64,000 nt of DNA from Myxococcales bacterium SG8_38 (GTDB lineage: Bacteria > Myxococcota_A > Polyangia > Polyangiales > Houyiibacteriaceae), in contig LJTN01000006.1 in assembly GCA_001303415.1 (NCBI GenBank), positions 19,759 to 83,758 on the forward strand, in the 5' to 3' direction. Of the stretch, positions 58,490-64,000 are shown one piece after another. The translations under genes and the position numbers were made by a program. Under the pieces are notes generated by a model, which saw only the letters and a program-made list of their open reading frames with translations, was not told where the DNA came from and ran no database searches. How positions within the stretch are numbered: the stretch's first letter is position 1; every line of letters starts with the position of its first letter.

Positions 58490-60097
58490 GTGAGCCCGCG
58501 CTTGCGACCGAGACGCTGGCTTCTGAGCCTCATCGCCCTGCTGGGTCTCGTGTCTCCATCGAGCGCGATTGCCCAGGGTTTCGACGAGGAGCCGGAGCCC
58601 TATCGCCCCGGTGACGTGGTTCCCCTTCCCGAAGGCGAGGCGGCAGACGAGGAAGCGCAGGAGCTGCGGGACCGCTACGGAGTTGCGAGCCAAGCGGACG
58701 AGGCGGAGCGGCCTTCGTCGCAGGTCCGGTACGTGCTCGAGGGCATCGTCGTCATCGGAAACAAACGAACCAAGGCCCACGTGGTCCGGCAGTTGGTTCC
58801 ACTGAAGCAGGGGGACTTTCTCGATCCGGAGTCGCCCGAGCTGCTGGCGACCGAGTGGCGATTGATGGGAACCGGCTGGTTCGACGACGTCGACCTTCGT
58901 CTCGAGCGAGGCGCCGAACGTGGATACGTCGTGCTCGTGGTGGAAGTGAAGGAGCGGAACACGTTCATCATCGAGCAGCTGGTAGCGGGGCTTTCCGAGG
59001 GCGTCGCGAAAACCACTGACCGCGGACGGACGCTGTTTCCATGGCTCGGCTTCAAGGTCACCGAAACCAACCTCGCCGGTCTTGGCATCCGTCTTTCCGG
59101 CACGGCGCTCTTGAGCGAGTTCCAGCAGGGCGGGAGGCTGGATCTTCGATACCCGAAGTTGATCAAGGATGAATACGCGATCCGCTTTGGCACGTACTTC
59201 CTGAATGGGAGGGAGTTCTACGGGAACGGTCCCTTGGTCAGCGTACCCTGCGGGTTGCCCGAATGTCCGGGCACCTCGGTCGTCCAAAACGCCGTGGTTC
59301 GCTACCGTCGAGGCGGTTTCATGGTCGGAACCGGCAAGGATTTCACGACCAAGCTGCGCTACAGCCTCGACTGGATCGGCGACATCGTCAGCGTCCGGGA
59401 CCGTCCCGAGGCGGCCAGCGAGACGATTGGAAACGAGATCGCGCCGATCAATTTCGCCATTCAAGACGGGCGCAGCTTCGTGTCGTCGATTCGGTTCAGG
59501 CTGATTTTCGACAAGCGCGACGATCCCGGCATCACCAAAGAAGGCGTGCTCTTCGTGGGCGACGTTTTGGTAGGCACCCGGTTTTTCGGCAGCGACTACG
59601 ACTTCATCAGGCTCGAGGCGGAGGTGCGGCGCTGGTGGCGCCTGCCGTGGAACCACACCATCCGCCTCGGTGCGTACGGCGGAGCCACGTTCGGGAACAC
59701 GCCCTTCTTTTATCTCTTTCACATCTCCGACCTCACCGACCTGATCCCGTCGCGATTCCTCGAGATGCAGCTCGACGCGCGGCCTCCACCCAACCTCTTG
59801 GGCACGGCGATCGAGAACAACTATCTCGGTGAGCTCGCGTGGAGGCTCGACGTCGGCTACGACGTGCCGGTTTACGAGCGCGTTCGAGAGCGAGGCCTGC
59901 GCGAGATCAATTTGTACATGCTCGTGGGGTTGCTCTCGCTGACCGATTTGCGGGACCCGCGCAGCGGAGTGAGCGGCTACAGCGGTTTCTCGAGGTTTCC
60001 CGTCGATCTGACTTTCGATGTCGGTTTTCGATTCGACACGCGAGTGGGCGTTTTCCAAGTCGGCTTCTCCACGGTGTTGGGATTCATCAGGCTGTGA
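58490..60097 (+). CDS. Omp85/BamA-family outer-membrane protein (single POTRA plus beta-barrel)
   Basis: GTG start. Signal peptide 'LLSLIALLGLVSPSSAIAQG', POTRA 'VLEGIVVIGNKRTKAHVVRQLVPLKQGD', and a barrel ending in '...VLGFIRL'. Confidence 0.75.
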   Translation: MSPRLRPRRWLLSLIALLGLVSPSSAIAQGFDEEPEPYRPGDVVPLPEGEAADEEAQELRDRYGVASQADEAERPSSQVRYVLEGIVVIGNKRTKAHVVRQLVPLKQGDFLDPESPELLATEWRLMGTGWFDDVDLRLERGAERGYVVLVVEVKERNTFIIEQLVAGLSEGVAKTTDRGRTLFPWLGFKVTETNLAGLGIRLSGTALLSEFQQGGRLDLRYPKLIKDEYAIRFGTYFLNGREFYGNGPLVSVPCGLPECPGTSVVQNAVVRYRRGGFMVGTGKDFTTKLRYSLDWIGDIVSVRDRPEAASETIGNEIAPINFAIQDGRSFVSSIRFRLIFDKRDDPGITKEGVLFVGDVLVGTRFFGSDYDFIRLEAEVRRWWRLPWNHTIRLGAYGGATFGNTPFFYLFHISDLTDLIPSRFLEMQLDARPPPNLLGTAIENNYLGELAWRLDVGYDVPVYERVRERGLREINLYMLVGLLSLTDLRDPRSGVSGYSGFSRFPVDLTFDVGFRFDTRVGVFQVGFSTVLGFIRL

Positions 60098-60687
60098 GGT
60101 ACTGGATATCAGCTCTGATCTGGGTCGTTGCGGCGGTCGCCTATGCGCAAGCCCACTTGCCCGTGCGCGAGATGCGGGTCGACTGGGACCGCGGGTCTCC
60201 GAAAGTCTCCTTTTCGGCCAGGGATCTGGCGGACGAAAGCGTTCGCCAAGAGCTTTCGAGCGGTCTCCGCAAGCGACTCCAGGTGACCGTGAGCGCGCAC
60301 TTCAAAGGGTCGAACCGACGCATGGCCGTGCGCCAGTTCACTTGTGACGTGACGCGGGATCTCTGGGAGGACGGATACGTCGTCCGCATCGGAACGGGCA
60401 GCCTGAGCTTCAAGACGCTCGACCAGGTGCTGGACCACTGTCTCGCCGTCAAGGGCCTGTTCGTAGGAGAGCCGAAGAGCTACGCCTCGAGAGAAGGGCG
60501 TGAGATCTACTTCTACGTCAGAGCGGAGTTCAATCCGATCTCGAAGAAGCAGTGCCAAGAGCTGATTCGTCCCAGCCCGGGTGACGACCCAGTCGGTCCG
60601 ATCACCGTCAGCATCGTGAGGCGCCGAATCTGCCAAGCGGAGCGTACTTTGGAGTTCCGCAGCGATTTCTCGAGGGTGCCCGAATGA
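60094..60687 (+). CDS. Secreted hypothetical protein (possibly DUF4390-like)
   Basis: GTGA overlap with the Omp85 stop. Signal peptide 'ALIWVVAAVAYAQA'. The DUF4390 guess rests on weak similarity and on its position just upstream of an NtrY-like kinase. Confidence 0.5.
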   Translation: MRYWISALIWVVAAVAYAQAHLPVREMRVDWDRGSPKVSFSARDLADESVRQELSSGLRKRLQVTVSAHFKGSNRRMAVRQFTCDVTRDLWEDGYVVRIGTGSLSFKTLDQVLDHCLAVKGLFVGEPKSYASREGREIYFYVRAEFNPISKKQCQELIRPSPGDDPVGPITVSIVRRRICQAERTLEFRSDFSRVPE

Positions 60688-62195
60688 GCCGGTTCGAGCG
60701 GAAAATCCTGTTTGCCATCGGTCTGGCGGTGTTCCTCGCGCTCGGCGGCAGCATCTTTCTCGCGCAGGGGGCTCTGCGAGAGGTCTACCGCGTGGGAGTG
60801 AACGAGCGATTCGGAGCCGAGCTGGTTCACGGCGTCGAAGCGCGGCGCGCTCAGCTCATGGCGCTTCGCGCGAGCACCGAGCTGGCTGCGGACGCGGTTC
60901 GTTGGGCCGTGGAGGCCGGGGTCCGCAGCGAGCGCGAGACCGAAGCGCTCGGTCCGCTGCTCGAAACGCTTCTACAGCGTTACGAGGTCATCCAAGCGAT
61001 CCGCGTCACCGATTCACGTGGTCGCGAGATAGCGCGGGTCTCACGGCCCACGACGCCAGGTCAGGCGATGCGCTCGACGGTGCGAGAGCGCGAGGCGACA
61101 GTCGGCAACGCAACGCTGCTAATCGCAGTCGAAGTGGCGGTTCCCGAGATGTACTTCGCGCGGCTTCAGCAAGCAGGCGAGGCCGCCGACGTGTATTCGC
61201 GGCTGCAGCGACAGAGCGCCTCGGTCTCCGACATCTACGTCTGGGTGTTCGGTGTGCTGGTGTTCTTGGTGATCGTGGTCGCCTTCTTGCTCGGCGCGAT
61301 TCTATCTCGCCGGGTGACGAGCCGTGTGGCTGCGTTGGCTGAAGCCTCGCGCCAGGTCGGTGCCGGCGATTTCACCGTGACGCTTCCCACGGGCGCCCGA
61401 GACGAGATCAGCGAGCTAACCCAGGCCTTCAACGCCATGGTCCGGGACTTGCGCGAGTCGCGCACTCGCATCGAGTACCTGCAGCGAATCAGCGCATGGC
61501 AGGACTTCGCGAGACGGCTCGCCCACGAGATCAAGAATCCGTTGACCCCGATTCAGCTTGCCGCCCAGGAGATGGCCGAGACCTATCCGGGAGACGACGA
61601 GGCCTACCGCCACAAGCTCGAGCATGCGCGCGCGATCATCGAGGAAGAGGTGGCCACGTTGCGGCGGCTGGTGGGTGAGTTCAGCGCCTTCGCCAAGTTG
61701 CCGAGCGCCGATTTGTCCGCGTCCGACCTCTGCGAGCTGATGCAGGCTATCGAGGATTCGATTCCTGCCATGCTCGAGGACATCGGTCGGGGATCGGGCG
61801 CTCCGGTGGAAGTTCGGGTGAGTTGTGCAACGCGGCCCATTCCCGTGCGTATGGATCTGATGATGCTGAAACGCGGCCTCGACAACATCGTTCGAAACGC
61901 CATTCAGGCGGCGTATTCGACGAAGCCCTCGGGGGGCGGCCGGGTCTTGGTCCGGGCCTATGCAACCGACCACAAAGCGTTCGTGGAGGTCCGGGACAAT
62001 GGGCCCGGCATCCCGGAGGAAGACTGGGACCGCGTGTTCGATCCGTACTATACGACCAAGCCGGAAGGCACGGGGCTCGGGTTGGCGATCGTGAAGAAAG
62101 TGGTCTTGGAGCATGGCGGGGAGGTGAGGCTCGATCGTGCGCCCGAGGGCGGAGCCCGCTTCCGCATCGAGTTGCCGTTGACGGGGCCTCGATGA
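60684..62195 (+). CDS. Sensor histidine kinase, NtrY-like (2 TM, HAMP, HisKA, HATPase)
   Basis: ATGA overlap upstream. HAMP region, H-box 'LAHEIKNPLTPIQL', N-box 'NIVRNAIQA', and G-boxes 'DNGPGI' and 'GTGLGLAI'. Confidence 0.88.
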   Translation: MSRFERKILFAIGLAVFLALGGSIFLAQGALREVYRVGVNERFGAELVHGVEARRAQLMALRASTELAADAVRWAVEAGVRSERETEALGPLLETLLQRYEVIQAIRVTDSRGREIARVSRPTTPGQAMRSTVREREATVGNATLLIAVEVAVPEMYFARLQQAGEAADVYSRLQRQSASVSDIYVWVFGVLVFLVIVVAFLLGAILSRRVTSRVAALAEASRQVGAGDFTVTLPTGARDEISELTQAFNAMVRDLRESRTRIEYLQRISAWQDFARRLAHEIKNPLTPIQLAAQEMAETYPGDDEAYRHKLEHARAIIEEEVATLRRLVGEFSAFAKLPSADLSASDLCELMQAIEDSIPAMLEDIGRGSGAPVEVRVSCATRPIPVRMDLMMLKRGLDNIVRNAIQAAYSTKPSGGGRVLVRAYATDHKAFVEVRDNGPGIPEEDWDRVFDPYYTTKPEGTGLGLAIVKKVVLEHGGEVRLDRAPEGGARFRIELPLTGPR

Positions 62196-62737
62196 AGGCT
62201 CGCGATCCGCGCTCGCCCCGCCGGTGGATTCACTGGCTGATCACGGCGATGGCCTTCGTGGCGCTCTACGCATGGATGACCCGGGGCAACGCCTCCCCCC
62301 TCATGGGCGGGCAAGCCCCCGATCTGACGCTTCCGGTCGCCGCTGGAGGGCGCCCGGGGGGGCCTATGGAGCTCGACCTATCGGAGATGGCCGGACAGGT
62401 GGTCGTGCTCGATTTTTGGGCGAGCTGGTGCCAGGCCTGCCGGCGGACCACCCCGATCCTCAACGACCTTCAAGAGGAGCTTGCCGTCGAGGGGGCGGCC
62501 TTCTATGCGGTCAACGTCGAGCCGATCGATCGGCAGCGCCTGCAGGCCGCGCATGCCGCGTTTGGCACGGAATTTCCAACACTTCACGACCGGACGGGGG
62601 TGGTTCAAAGGCGCTACGCCATCAAAATGCTCCCTACCGTGATCGTGGTGGGACGGGATGGCGTGGTCCGATGGGCGTCCACGGGGGTCCCGAGCAAGAC
62701 CCGGCTTCGGGGGGCGATCTCGGACGCCCTCCGCTAG
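62192..62737 (+). CDS. TlpA/ResA-family periplasmic thiol-disulfide oxidoreductase
   Basis: ATGA overlap with the kinase stop. N-terminal TM anchor and the thioredoxin motif 'FWASWCQAC'. Confidence 0.85.
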   Translation: MKARDPRSPRRWIHWLITAMAFVALYAWMTRGNASPLMGGQAPDLTLPVAAGGRPGGPMELDLSEMAGQVVVLDFWASWCQACRRTTPILNDLQEELAVEGAAFYAVNVEPIDRQRLQAAHAAFGTEFPTLHDRTGVVQRRYAIKMLPTVIVVGRDGVVRWASTGVPSKTRLRGAISDALR

Positions 62738-62785
62738 CCGGATTCGGTCATGGTTGACGCTCCCCGCAGGCGCTGTTAGGTTCGC

Positions 62786-62810
62786 CCGCCCCGCGGCGCC
62801 GACGGGGCGG
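62786..62810 (+). terminator. GC-rich hairpin downstream of the tlpA-like gene (possible terminator, no T-tract)
   Basis: CCGCCCCG (62786-93) pairs with CGGGGCGG (62803-10) across a 9-nt loop. Confidence 0.3.
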
Positions 62811-62835
62811 ACCCGTCAGGTATTGGAGGCTGTCG

Positions 62836-63591
62836 TTGGTTCAAACCCTTCAAGGTCAGAGCTTAGAGGAGCGAGTTGCCTACCTTCAGGAGCTGATGGG
62901 TTCGGCGAGCCCCGCGGTGCGCGAAGAGTATCAAGAGCGCTTCGACATCGCCTGGATCTATCATGACAGCGCGCTCGAGGGCGTCGTGTACTCGATGGAC
63001 GAGCTCAAGGCGGCGATGCGGGAAGAGCCGGTCTCGGACCCTTCGCTGATCCCGGTCTACGACGAGATCCGAAACCACATGGGCGCGATCGCCATGATTC
63101 GGGAGATGGCGACACGCAAACGCGCCAACGTCACGCTCGACGTCATCAAGAAGCTGTTCGCGCAGCTCGCGCCCGAGGAGCTGGAGGGCAAAGGCCCCCC
63201 CACCTACCGCAAGGACATGCCGCTTCACCGGCTGTACTTTCACGAGATCTCCCAGCCGGACAAGATCAGCTACCGGATGCGTCAGCTCGTTCAGTGGCTT
63301 TCCGACCCAGAGACCAAGAAGACGATGCATCCCGTTCGGATGGCGAGCAAGGCGCATTTCCAGCTTCTGCACATCTATCCCTTTCCTAGGCATAGCGGAA
63401 AGGTGGCGCGCCTGGTCATGAATCTGCTCCTCATGCGCGCAGGCTATCCATCAGTGATCATTCATGCGACCGAGCGCCAGCGCTACTACGAGGCGCTGCG
63501 AAACGGCGAGGACGCGACGTCGAACCTCATCAATCAAGCGCTCGGAGCTGCCGTCGAGACGGCAATTCAATACTTCGAAGAAACCAAGTGA
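62836..63591 (+). CDS. Fic/DOC-fold protein with degenerate active-site motif
   Basis: TTG start 6 nt after GGAGG. 'AHFQLLHIYPFPRHSGKVARLVMNLLL' aligns with the Fic core 'HPFxDGNGRxxR', but His is replaced by Tyr and DGN by RHS. Confidence 0.7.
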   Translation: MVQTLQGQSLEERVAYLQELMGSASPAVREEYQERFDIAWIYHDSALEGVVYSMDELKAAMREEPVSDPSLIPVYDEIRNHMGAIAMIREMATRKRANVTLDVIKKLFAQLAPEELEGKGPPTYRKDMPLHRLYFHEISQPDKISYRMRQLVQWLSDPETKKTMHPVRMASKAHFQLLHIYPFPRHSGKVARLVMNLLLMRAGYPSVIIHATERQRYYEALRNGEDATSNLINQALGAAVETAIQYFEETK

Positions 63592-63597
63592 GTCCTG

Positions 63598-64000
63598 TCA
63601 ATGCTTCCCGAGGAAGCGTGGCAGCGCCGAAATCACGGCAACGAAGCGCGCGCCGGCCGCGAGCGGTGCGGCCGCATTTTCCGGGGTGATGCCCCCGATG
63701 GCGACGACCGGCGGGACGACCGTCTCACAAACCTGGCGGAGCAGCCTCGTGCCGACGACTGGATCGGGATTTTCCTTCGTCAGCGTCTCGAAGATCGGGC
63801 CGAACGCGATGAGATCCGCGCCGTCGCGCGCGGCTCGCGTCGCTTGCTCCAAGCTGTGGGTCGAGACGCCGATCTGCATGTCGCCGACGACGAGACGGGC
63901 GTCCCTCACCTCGAGGTCGTCCTGGCCGAGATGGAGGCCGTCCGCGTCCACGATGCGTGCGATGTCCGCGCGATCGTTGACCACGAATGGAACGCCGGCT
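63598..64000 (-). CDS. thiE: Thiamine-phosphate synthase, C-terminal part (5' end beyond window)
   Basis: 'VNDRADIA...DGLHLGQDDL...IGVSTHS...IAFGPIF...VAIGGI' ThiE blocks. The frame stays open to the window end. Confidence 0.85.
   Translation of the reverse strand, partial: AGVPFVVNDRADIARIVDADGLHLGQDDLEVRDARLVVGDMQIGVSTHSLEQATRAARDGADLIAFGPIFETLTKENPDPVVGTRLLRQVCETVVPPVVAIGGITPENAAAPLAAGARFVAVISALPRFLGKH

Noticed and set aside
58343-60058. 571-aa minus-strand ORF
   Set aside because: It is antisense to the Omp85 gene, which has a signal peptide, a POTRA domain and a barrel. The ORF has no recognisable motifs and is a GC-rich artefact.

Overview
This is a GC-rich, densely coded chromosomal segment of about 62 genes. 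I found no transposase, integrase, phage gene or CRISPR array. It spans the replication-origin neighbourhood: dnaA-dnaN-recF with DnaA-box clusters on both sides of dnaA. Gene content (DUF4388, DUF2723, several DnaJ-type proteins, many lipoproteins) and composition suggest a Myxococcota/deltaproteobacterial-type genome, but this is inference only. Most of the window is housekeeping: rpsD, rimO, aspS, clpB, rpsU, a PPi-type phosphofructokinase, an RND efflux pair, dnaJ, uvrB, serC, tRNA-Ala(CGC), bioFD, uppS-cdsA, gdhA and a thiE fragment. The main accessory block is an 11.2-kb, 12-gene minus-strand cluster (44796-55991). It encodes a Tat-exported, cytochrome-b-linked uptake [NiFe]-hydrogenase plus the full HypABCDEF maturation set. 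Items worth a second look: (1) uvrB has a clean in-frame loss of about 15 codons covering the Tyr-rich strand of the damage-sensing beta-hairpin. (2) The hydrogenase cluster contains a stand-alone crotonase between hypA and hypE and a lipoprotein c-type cytochrome between the protease gene and hypF. Its small subunit also has CxxN instead of CxxC in the first proximal Fe-S cluster motif. (3) A 185-nt element with 26-bp terminal inverted repeats enclosing two hairpins lies between convergent genes. (4) Two GTTTCACGTGAAAC-type palindromes sit 33 bp apart upstream of bioFD. (5) A translationally coupled Omp85 / secreted protein / NtrY-like kinase / TlpA operon has no response regulator. (6) A Fic-fold protein has Tyr in place of the catalytic His. 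(7) dapE and the RND pump each carry a single-nucleotide frameshift next to a short homopolymer, most likely assembly errors. No database search or alignment could be run. All homology calls rest on motif recognition and remembered family sequences.
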